From positions 10,819,337-10,883,336 of the forward strand of contig CM082586.2 in the NCBI GenBank assembly GCA_040954595.2: a DNA stretch of 64,000 nucleotides. The letters run 5' to 3'. Source of the stretch: Balanoglossus misakiensis (taxonomy: Eukaryota; Animalia; Hemichordata). The position numbers and the translations under genes were made by a program. This document shows positions 34,076 through 43,367 of this stretch, piece after piece. The number at the start of each line of letters is the position of its first letter. The first letter of the stretch is position 1. The notes under the pieces were generated by a model. It was given only the letters and a program-made list of their open reading frames with translations, did not search any database and had not been told where the DNA came from.

Positions 34076-34126
34076 CAACCCATCCCATAAGGTCCCATGG
34101 TATATAGGCCTATACCAATGGGACCT

Positions 34127-35012
34127 AAAAAATGACAAATTTTTGACTGCAAAATCTCAAAATTTCGTCCATTTTTGAAAAAAAATCATGGGTAAAAATC
34201 ATCAAAAAATGACAAATTTTCGACTGCAAAATCTCAACATTTCGTCGATTTTTGAAAAAAATCATGGGTGAAAATCATCAAAAAATGACAAATTTTCGAC
34301 TTTGCAAAATCTCAAAATTTCGTCGATTTTTGAAAAAAAATCATAGGTGAAAATCATCAAAAAATGACAAAATTTTCGAGTTTGCAAAATCACAAAATTT
34401 CGTCGATTTTGAAAAAAATCATAGGTTCGTCGATTTTTTTTAAAAAAACATGGGTGAAAATCATCAAAAAATGACAAATTTTCGACTTTGCAAAATCTCA
34501 AAATTTCATCAATTTTTGAAAAAATCATGGGTGAAAATCATCAAAAAATGACAAAACTTTCGACTTTGCAAAATCTCAAAATTTCGTCGATTTTTGAAAA
34601 AAAATCATGGTTGAAAATCATCAAAAAATGACAAAATTTTCGAGTTTGCAAAATCACACAATTTCGTCGATTTTGAAAAAAATCATAGGTTCGTCGATTT
34701 TTTTAAAAAAAACATGGGTGAAAATCATCAAAAAATGACAAATTTTTGACTTTGCAAAATCTCAAAATTTCGTCGATTTTTGAAAAAAATCATTGGGGAA
34801 AATCATCAAAAAATGACAAATTTTCGACTTTGCAAAATCTCAAAATTTCGTCGATTTTTGAAAAAAATCATGGGTGAAAATCATCAAAAAATGACAAATT
34901 TTCGACTTTGCAAAATCTCAAAATTTCGTCGATTTTGAAAAAAATCATGGGTTCGTCGATTTTTTAAAAACAACATTGGTGAAAATCATCAAAAAATGAC
35001 AAATTTTCGACT
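34127..35012. repeat. ~78-bp satellite, right part
   Basis: Same monomer and orientation as 14918-17621, resuming in register. Confidence 0.97.
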
Positions 35013-35212
35013 GTTAAGACTATGGATTTAACTCTGCCCTGCGTAGCTGAACAAGAAACTATAATTGATACACAGAATAGAAATACTGAAAAATGCAAAA
35101 AGTTACAGCTAATGGGGCTTAAGTCATGAAACTGTGTTTATTTTCATGTATATTGGCTTGAGACAGCTCACTATTTATGATGTGTGTTGTGACATTTTTT
35201 TATTCTTTTCAG

Positions 35213-35414
35213 TTTCTACATTTTGACACTGAACTTTATCATGATACTGTTGTCATTGTCGAGGTGTCTGTGTTTGACCCATCCAAAGTTCTTGCCACAT
35301 ACAGTGGACCGGACCAGCCTGATGAAGTTATTAGCAGTGGTAATGCAATGTTGGTGAAATTTCTCTCAGATAGTTCGCATACTGCTACTGGCTTTGAAGC
35401 ATCTTGGCAAGCAG
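35213..35414 (+). CDS. Host exon: C-terminal half of a CUB domain
   Basis: ttttcag|FLHFDTELYHD...SSGNAMLVKFLSDSSHTATGFEASWQA|gtaata. Confidence 0.85.
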
Positions 35415-35707
35415 GTAATACCAAGTTTTATACATAATGTAAAACTGGAAATTTTCGCAAACGATAAATTTTCGCGAACTACACATAAACTTTGCATGTG
35501 TGGACACAAGGCAACTAAAAGCATTAATGCTCTGTGTTTACCTTAGGCAAATAGTGTCTCTGAAACGTTTCGAATTTTACCCTACGTGAACCTGGTATAA
35601 CATTATAGATTGCACATGTAGGCAATATTTGCCCTACCTCGACTGTGATCTTGCTGATGTCCTGTTTGTGAAGTGTTTCTGTTAAGATGACTTCTTCTTT
35701 CTTTCAG

Positions 35708-35859
35708 TGTATTCTTTGTGTGGTGGGAATTTCATAGCACAGTCATATAAACAGAATCTCAGCAGTACAGAATATTTTGAAGGCAAGAATTATCTCAACA
35801 ATGAAGATTGTAACTGACAGCTGGCATCATTCACAACAGAATTTGTTGTCACTTTACAG
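35708..35859 (+). pseudogene. Host exon: N-terminal half of a CUB domain, with in-frame stop
   Basis: ctttcag|..LCGGNFIA..LSSTEYFEGKNYLNNEDCN*QLA..VVTLQ|gtag. The TGA sits at the conserved CUB Trp position. Confidence 0.8.
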
Positions 35860-36228
35860 GTAGTGGATTCAGATGCAATTAATCGTGTGAGTTGTTTTAC
35901 AGCATGACAAAAATTAGTAATTATATTTTTAAAAATACATTTTATTTTTGTCATTTCTGGTCAATTCTCAGTAGTCACTTTTCCGATTTCTTAAAATTTG
36001 GTTTACAAGGACCTTCAATATTTGTTATTATGGTGTACATAAACATGTGACAAATATCAATACTGGGGAGGAGGGGGGTGGGTAGTTTTAGACATTTTTG
36101 GTCCAAAAGTCCACTTATGTCAGAAACGGCTCTTCCAGTTGTTTTGGATTTTGGTTTATTGGGATGTGAAAATATTCTTTATCAGATGTATTCTTATATT
36201 ACCTCATCAATGCTAAAGGTGTCCTTAT

Positions 36229-36504
36229 AGGGACGAAGTCTCTCTCTCTCGCTGCCCTTTTCCCATTAATTATGTTTGATACAAGACACCGTTTATGTTA
36301 TTCTACATGAGGATATATAGTGAATCAACATTCGACCACACACACCTTCCATCCCATTTTTAGGATATGAGAGTAAAAATCTCGCCCAAAATGAAGCGGG
36401 ATGGAATGTTGATTCACTATATATCCACATCTAGAATAACATAAACGATAATCAAACGATAATTAATGGAAAAGGGGCAGCGAGAGAGAGAGAGACTTTG
36501 CCCC
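36229..36504. mobile_element. Fold-back MITE, Kolobok-like termini
   Basis: Long inverted repeats agggacgaagtctctctctctcgctgccc / gggcagcgagagagagagactttgcccc, followed by ttaa. Confidence 0.7.
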
Positions 36505-36619
36505 TTAATGGTTTTGTGTAGGAAATTGTGATCACTATGATTGTACGGTATGTCACATTTAAATGTACATATCAAATGGGAGCAAAGTGTCTTTGATGCT
36601 ATTTTTTATATCTTTTCCG

Positions 36620-36821
36620 TTTATCTCCTTTGCAACAGAAGATGGGGCTGATCAAGTGTCTGTATACGATGGCGCTGAACTGAATCCTGCCCTCAGACTT
36701 GCTTTATTTTCTGGGATGGAGTTACCTAATGTCATCATATCTTCCAAAAGTATGATGAGAGTTGACATTAAGAGTGATGATGCAGTTACAATGAGAGGTT
36801 TTCATGTACATTACTGGGCAG
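36620..36821 (+). CDS. Host exon: C-terminal half of a CUB domain (acceptor mutated)
   Basis: FISFATEDGADQVSVYDG...IKSDDAVTMRGFHVHYWA|gtaggt. It is 202 nt, the same length as the paralogous exon 35213-35414. Confidence 0.8.
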
Positions 36822-36906
36822 GTAGGTAACGCATTCAAATTGATCAAGACGTTGTTTGAATGAAGAGGCAATCAAGGATTCATGATGCAAGAGAACAATG
36901 TTTTAA

Positions 36907-37255
36907 AGGGACAAACACTCTCTCTCGCTACCCTTTTTCCAGGAATTATGATGATACAATACAGCGTTTATGTTATTCTACATGTGGATATATATTAAAA
37001 CAACGTTTGACCACAAACAACTTCCATCCCACTTGTAGACACAAGAGTGAAAAAACTCGCCAAAATGAATAATTGGTCTCTACCGTTTATTCATTTTGGC
37101 AATATTTTTACTCTCATATCCTACAAACGGGATGGAAGTTGTGCGTGGTTGAATGTTGATTCACTATATATCCACATGTAGAATAACATAAACAGTGTCT
37201 TGTATCAAACATAGTTAATGGAAAAAGGGCAGCGAGTGAGAGAAACTTTGTCCCT
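36907..37255. mobile_element. Fold-back MITE of the same family, TTAA TSD
   Basis: ttaa|agggacaaa ... tttgtccct|ttaa, with extensive internal palindromy. Confidence 0.75.
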
Positions 37256-37634
37256 TTAAATCACTTAAAATCATTCCCAAAGAATTTCAACCCAGTAAGA
37301 ATTGTAAGGATCACAGATCTATCTTCTTTTGCCATTCTTTCTGGAAGTTTATAATATAAGCTAATCTGATACTGGGTCATTATGAAACTTTTTAACAGAA
37401 AAAATAACAAAATGTGAAAAAAGTTAAATGAGTTTAATTTGATAACTACATGTATAACGACAGAAAGGTTTGACCTAAGGAAGTCATATACAGTTAACAG
37501 TCATTTCTTCTGTCGCGTACGACTTTTTATCCAGAAGGCAATTATTATGTGATTTGATCCCCTAGCACAAAATAAAAGGCAGCCAGGATTACACCAAACC
37601 TGTGGATTGAATTCATTATTCCTTGTTTGGTATT

Positions 37635-38382
37635 TTTAGCTTGGCTGTCACTTGTGTCAGCCAAGCTGTAGCAGTAGGTTGATAAGTGTCCGTCTGTCGT
37701 CCGGCGTCAGTTGTCCGTCGTCCGTCAACTTTCGGTATTTCAATCTTCTTCGTTAAAACGACATTGCATATTTAGCTATAATTTGGTAGGAATGTGTGTT
37801 ATGGTGCCCCTACCTGATTTTGTAAATTTGGATTTGATGGGGTCATAAATATGCAAATTAGATCTAAAAATAGAATGTTGGTCAAACATTTTCTTCTCCC
37901 TAACTACATGTACGATGGAGCTGAAATTTGGCAGGAATGTGTGTTATGGTGCCCCTACCTGATTTCATAAATTTGGATATGATCGGGTCATGAATATGCA
38001 AATTAGATCTAAAAATATAATTTTTGGTAAAAAATCTTCTTCTCCCTAACTACATGTACGATGGAGCTGAAATTTGGTAGAATGTGTGTTATGGTGCCCC
38101 TACCTGATTTTGTTTTATTGGAATTTTGATCGGGTCATGAATATGCAAATTAGTACCTTGGTACTTCCTTTTGATGTTGTTCTTTAGGAATAAATTCTTT
38201 CTTTCTTTAGCACAATGAATCAGGCTGAATGTGGATATTAAATACTTGTGATGTCTATGTTTGGTTTTGTTTAATAGAATACAATTGTTATGATTAAAAC
38301 CTAGGGTATTCATATCATTGCCCAGCTATAGGTTTCACTGTTAAAGTCAGCAGAGCTCTTTTGACCGATAGGTCACTTGTTT
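37635..38382 (+). mobile_element. Non-autonomous Helentron (HINE / DINE-1-like)
   Basis: T-run and hairpin agcttggctgtcac-ttgt-gtcagccaagct, GTCC/GTC microsatellite, ~147-bp internal repeats (x3), 3' inverted repeat gtcagcagagct, hairpin tgaccgataggtca, then cttgttt. Confidence 0.78.
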
Positions 38383-38390
38383 CTTTAAAG

Positions 38391-38575
38391 GTTGCCAGGG
38401 AATTGAAATTCTGCGTAGTTTTGGCACGATTCAGTCACCAGGGTATGATGTTAGCACTTACCCTGATGATGTTATGTGTAGCTGGTTAATCAAGGAACCA
38501 ACTGGAAGACCATTAACTCTTATCTTTGATGAGAACTTTGGATTAGAGAGGAACACAGATGTTGATTACATCATT
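38391..38575 (+). CDS. Host exon: N-terminal part of a CUB domain
   Basis: taaag|GCQGIEILRSFGTIQSPGYDVSTYPDDVMCSWLI...DVDYII|gtgagt. Confidence 0.85.
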
Positions 38576-38742
38576 GTGAGTATCAGATATGATCATGAGT
38601 CAGCCATGTTAAAAATATTTGTCATATTAAAAAATTTGTCATATTATTTTGCAGTGATTTTAGTTTGACAATTTTGGCAGACATTACTTCAAACTATACA
38701 ACTTTGGAACACAATTTGGAAATTTAATTAATCACATATATA

Positions 38743-38948
38743 CTGTAAAACGGGATACTTTTGCAACATGAAATTTTCGCGTTATCAAAAGAGGCAAGTG
38801 TTATGCAACAATAACTTTTCACGTTCTTGTATTTCACTGCATCATTATCCCCGAAAAACATTTTTACGCAACTTTTTATTTTCATGTTTTGATGGCTCTC
38901 ACGTAGATCGCGAAAATTTATTGTTTGCGAACATTTCCCATTTTACAG
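38743..38948. mobile_element. ~200-bp MITE, TA TSD, CTGTAAAA termini
   Basis: ta|ctgtaaaac ... ttttacag|ta. Relatives at ~35438, ~38995-39190, 39422-39628 and ~42247-42440. Confidence 0.7.
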
Positions 38949-39228
38949 TATGTTGAGTAGCTGTTACAGCAGGAAATGCAACAAGGATTGAATACTATAA
39001 AATTTTCGTGAACGATAAATTTTCGTAAACTATGTGAGAGCCAAAAAATATGAAAATAAAAAGTCGCTTAAAATGCTTCAGAGATAACAATGCAGTAAAA
39101 TATGCCAATGTGAAAATTAATTGTCGCGTAACAGTAGCCACCTTTGATATCGCGAAAATTTCCTGTTGTGAAGATTTCCCGTTTTACGGTATTTACAATG
39201 CATGCTTAATTTGTCTTTGTTTCTGAAG

Positions 39229-39412
39229 GTATACAATGGTACTGAGAGTGATGATGATGTCATTATTGGTCCATGGAGTGGCAATTCTGATGGAGTCATT
39301 GATGGCACAGTGCCACCACCCGATTGCCGTACAGACATTGGACACTTTTCGGTTGTGTTCAGGAGTAGTAGAACACGACCAGCTAAAGGATTCAGGGCTT
39401 CATTTTCACCAG
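39229..39412 (+). CDS. Host exon: C-terminal part of a CUB domain
   Basis: ctgaag|VYNGTESDD..GHFSVVFRSSRTRPAKGFRASFSP|gtacac. Confidence 0.85.
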
Positions 39413-39421
39413 GTACACATA

Positions 39422-39628
39422 CTGTAAAACACTTTATTTTCACGAGTTGAAATTTTTCGCGACATCGAGAGAGGCCACTGTTTCGCCAGTATTAATTTTC
39501 GCGTTCTCTTATTTCATTCATTGCATCTTTATCTTCAAAAAAATTACGCAACTTTTTATTTTCACGCTATTTTGGCTCTCGCGTATTTCGCGAAAATCTC
39601 TTGCTCGCGAAAATAAAGTGTTTTACAG
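39422..39628. mobile_element. MITE, TA TSD
   Basis: ta|ctgtaaaacactttattttc ... gaaaataaagtgttttacag|ta. Confidence 0.8.
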
Positions 39629-40148
39629 TAACTTACTAACATTTCAGAAAAAGTTGTTACAGAATTCTTAGAAACACACTCTCCCTTTATTCCTTGTGAT
39701 TTAGAGTCATTAATTGAAAGGTGCAAATGTTTTTGAATTTTTACGAAACTTCAAAGAGCTGGAAAAACAGAGACAGTAATTTCTTACAATTGCAATGCAA
39801 TTTTGGACCATTGACTGGAATGGCAACACTCTTGTATCACACTCAATAAAGTGATGGGGTCGTCGCACTGCGTTTGTTTGTTTATAAACATTGCAATTCA
39901 TCCACAAATCCCTGAAATTAGACAGCCACGACCTACTAGGATCTTCAGTTGCTGTCATGGACAGTCTAGGATACTGTCAGCTGCTTCGTTCATTCTAAGA
40001 ATTATCTTATTTGAGGGATTTGTGGATGAATTGTAATGTTTATAAACAAACGCATTGCGACGACCCCTTCACTTTAAAACAACTGACATTTATGAGTTTA
40101 AGTATTTGTCTGCATGCATTCTTATCATTGTGATCCTTGTTCTGACAG

Positions 40149-40251
40149 ACTGTCCCGAAATTGTGATTAGTGAGGGCGTGGTGACCAGTACAGAGATAGA
40201 AGGTATGATGTCTCTGTCTCATTCCAATGCTCGGACGGTTATCCAGTAGTT
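40149..40251 (+). pseudogene. Host exon: Sushi domain, frameshifted and truncated
   Basis: gacag|DCPEIVISEGVVTSTEI, then RYDVSVSFQCSDGYPVV in another frame, then repeat sequence starting ttaaagggga that resembles 43879-43993. Confidence 0.65.
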
Positions 40252-40493
40252 AAAGGGGATGTCCGGTCTAGCTGATATCTACATAATTTTGTAGCTTTGA
40301 GGTCACTCTTTCAGGAAAAAAAAACATTTTCGCCGTGTATAAGTCGTACCAGCTATGCAAATATGCCTAGCCTGGTGTCTTGTATCCAAGATAATTAATG
40401 AAAAAAGTGCAGTGATGAGAGAGACTTAATTTGTCTCTTGAATCTATTGTTAGCAACAACTTGAATGACACTAATTTGTTGTTTATTTTTTAG

Positions 40494-40673
40494 GAATAAC
40501 ATGTGGTGGACCCCCTGAGTGCAGCAATGGAATTCTTACCAATGTTACCAGTACAGTGTATGGTGGCATTGCTTATTATCAATGCATTGAGGGCTATCAG
40601 TTTATAAATAATGTGTCTTCATTGGAATGCCAAGCAGATGGTGTCTGGGGTCCACTTGTGCCCCAATGCGAGC
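40494..40673 (+). CDS. Host exon: Sushi/CCP domain
   Basis: tttag|ITCGGPPECSNG..YQCIEGYQ..LECQADGVWGPLVPQCE|gtaagt. Confidence 0.9.
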
Positions 40674-40776
40674 GTAAGTTGATATTTTTGAAAACAATTA
40701 AACTGCCATTGTAGTGCACACTTAGGAGACGGATTTTCAGAAAAATGTTAGTCCTCTGAACCTTTCAGTGCTTTAA

Positions 40777-41076
40777 AGCCACTAGAGCTGCCACTTTTTG
40801 CATTTATTTTCAGATTTTATTTTCCGACGTAGATTGGTACATTGAAATAATTAAGCTTACTGATAGGGATACAAGAACATGTCATCAATGCCTGATTGTG
40901 GCTGTATGTTGCAATTTAAACGTGCAATGTATTAAACAGGTGCCGTACCCATTTTATTAAAATCAGCCTCCATACAAACAGTATGCAGCTAGCTATCGTG
41001 GTATGCATCACCATAGATTTGAAAGGTTTTACTGTGGAAAAGAAAAAAATTGTGAAATTTGGCAGCTCTAGAGGCT
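40777..41076. mobile_element. 300-bp MITE, TTAA TSD
   Basis: ttaa|agccactagagctgcca ... tggcagctctagaggct|ttaa. Confidence 0.75.
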
Positions 41077-41377
41077 TTAAAGTGTGTGATGAGTCGTTTT
41101 GAAAACAAAGTATAACACAGGGTGTTCACTGTCATGTTTTCATAAAAATCACTGACTCAAGTTGAAATTCTCTCCATAGCGTTATGATGGGGCACTTTGT
41201 GCTGGTTGCTACATTCCACATGGGTGTCTAATTGGGACATTACACACTGAATGTTAAACCAGACACTGGTAACTTGAAAATATGCAGGATTGTGAGGGTT
41301 ACTGCTACATGTCCCTTTAAACCATTTTCCTAGTATTAACACACTTGTAATGTTATCTGTTCATCTTATCCAAACAG

Positions 41378-41560
41378 CTCGCGAGTGTCCACCACCGAAT
41401 GTAGACAACTACTTATCATATGAAATTGTTAATGGTGATTCATTGATTTTTGGAACAACCATTGCCTACTCATGTCCATCTGGCTACAGTCTGACTGGCT
41501 ACACTGTCTCTACATGTGGTGAAGATGGATCATGGATTGGAGATCCAGGATACTGTCAAC
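41378..41560 (+). CDS. Host exon: Sushi/CCP domain
   Basis: aacag|RECPPP..YSCPSGYSLTG..CGEDGSWIGDPGYCQ|gtaagt. Confidence 0.9.
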
Positions 41561-41870
41561 GTAAGTCATTTAAGGATGTACATTCAGTAAAATTGAAAAT
41601 ATGGTCATTTCTTTTAATTGTTAATTTTTGGATTATCCTATGTATGTATAATGAAAATTTGTGATAAAATATAGGGGTCACCACGCTTGTTTTTGAAATA
41701 CAGAGTCATGAATTTAGTCGATAATTGAAAAAAAGGAGTCAATGGTATCTGGACTTTTATAGTGGGAACTTGGGGTGAAAATGTTAAAGTTGTGACAGAA
41801 TACAGATACCCAATATATATACCACAATCAAGTCTGCATCCACATAGTGTTTTATTTTTTTTACTTGCAG

Positions 41871-42053
41871 GATTGAACTGCAGTGATATACTCATAACAG
41901 ACCCACATCTACAAGCTGTCCCTGATAGTGGACCATATTATATGGGCAGTAACATCACATTCTATTGTAATGCTGGCTATGAATTAAATGGTGCTGATTA
42001 CCTGACTTGTCAATCCGATTTACAGTGGAATAGTGCAATACCATCATGCATTG
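41871..42053 (+). CDS. Host exon: Sushi/CCP domain
   Basis: ttgcag|LNCSD..FYCNAGYELNGADYLTCQSDLQWNSAIPSCI|gtaagt. Confidence 0.9.
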
Positions 42054-42531
42054 GTAAGTTCACATCAAGATTGGTCTTCATGTGGTTGTCTGCTTATGAG
42101 GTACCGTAATCGATCACTCCAGTAATTTGACTATTTATCATAAATGTCACCTAAACTACATGCTGATAGGACATACAGTTCATGCCATGCAAATCTATGG
42201 CTGTCAGAAATTTCATGATTTTCGTAATTTTATTTTTCATTGATTACTGTAAAACAGGAAATTTTCGCGACAAAGAAATTTTTTGCGATATCAAAAGCAG
42301 AAACTGTTATGAGACGATTAATTTTCATGTTCTCGTATTTCACTACATTGTTATCACTGAAAATAGTTTTTTACGCAAAAATGTCTTTTTTTTTTTGGCT
42401 CTTGCATAGTTCGCGAAAATTTGTTTGTGAAAATTTCCTGTTGGTCTGGTGGTTCCCAGCTAAACTTGTTGGTCTGAATTTACCAGCGGACCTGTGGGAT
42501 TTTGATCATATCTTGATAAATAACATTTCAG

Positions 42532-42660
42532 ATATCAATGAATGTAGTACATTGGTGGCACGGTGTGGAATCAATCAAGTCTGTGAAAATAGAGATGGTG
42601 ACTATCAGTGTGCATGTTTGGTGGGATTTGAACCAGATGTGAATAGAACAGCATGCAAAG
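42532..42660 (+). CDS. Host exon: calcium-binding EGF domain
   Basis: tttcag|DINECSTLVARCGINQVCENRDGDYQCACLVGFEPDVNRTACK|gtgaga. Confidence 0.92.
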
Positions 42661-43181
42661 GTGAGACATAATCAAGTCACTTGCAACATAACTTCAAGTC
42701 ACTATTTTCACATTTAACACATTCCGAACTTATTTCAGAATTCCGGATAAATTTTTGGAATGACCTTTTAATCTCAGGTGTCTTTTTCTCATAGGATTAC
42801 ATTGATAATTGCTAGAAAACAAACTTCTACTATTGTCATTTTCACGAAATTTTACACATAGCTCAGTCTAGTAAATATAAATTCATTGGTCAAATAAAAT
42901 TGTGTGATTACAATGCTCTATTTTGAGATAAATTTCTTTAAGGTTTTTGTCCATAGACAAACCATTGGTGAACCATGCTGAGTCAGCAGGTTTCTTCTAT
43001 TATCAACTAAATTAATGGCCTTGTATTTCAAAAGCAAGCAAGGTGACGCCTTTATTTTATCACAGATTCATCTTGTACGTACACAAGATAATCCCAAAAT
43101 TCACGATTAAAAGAAATGACAATACTTTCAATTTTACTGAACGTACATTGTTTTAATCCAATCCATGTTCCTTCTTTGTAG

Positions 43182-43367
43182 ATATAAATGAATGTGCTTC
43201 ACATTCTTGTGATCAACTTTGTAAAAACACTGCAGGTGGTTTTCAATGTTCCTGTGAAGAAGGCTATCTCTTATATGCAAATAACGGCACAGGTGGATTC
43301 TATCTGCCACCTGGAGAAACTGGTCTCTCAATGTATGATGTCTACACTTTTAACCAATCATGTGTTC
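43182..43367 (+). CDS. Host exon: calcium-binding EGF domain with Uninflatable-type insert
   Basis: ttgtag|DINECASHSCDQLCKNTAGGFQCSCEEGYLLYANNGTGGFYLPPGETGLSMYDVYTFNQSCV|gtaagt. Confidence 0.9.

Larger units (their letters stand above)
17622..34126 (-). mobile_element. Full-length Helentron / Helitron2 (~16.5 kb) inserted in the A-run of a satellite monomer
   Basis: 5' end (minus strand): subterminal repeat and hairpin aggtcccattggtataggcctatataccatgggacct (34126-34090), then a microsatellite. 3' end: matching inverted repeat aatgggacc (17648-17640), then hairpin agtgtc-ctt-gacgct and a T-run. The flanks rejoin as the satellite sequence catc-A-run-tgac. Encodes Rep-helicase-endonuclease. Confidence 0.92.
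35213..43367 (+). pseudogene. Partial host gene, Uninflatable-like (3 CUB, 4 Sushi/CCP, 2 Ca-binding EGF), probably a pseudogene or null allele
   Basis: Eleven exons with compatible phases. Lesions are an in-frame TGA at 35815, a CG instead of AG acceptor at 36618-36619, and a frameshifted, truncated exon at ~40200. The last EGF has the long insert GYLLYANNGTGGFYLPPGETG..DVYTFNQSCV, which I recall from Uninflatable-family proteins. Confidence 0.75.

Noticed and set aside
35815-35817. TGA as selenocysteine or an alternative-code Trp
   Set aside because: The position is a conserved Trp, not Cys. All other Trp codons in the gene are TGG, and independent lesions nearby favour a nonsense mutation.
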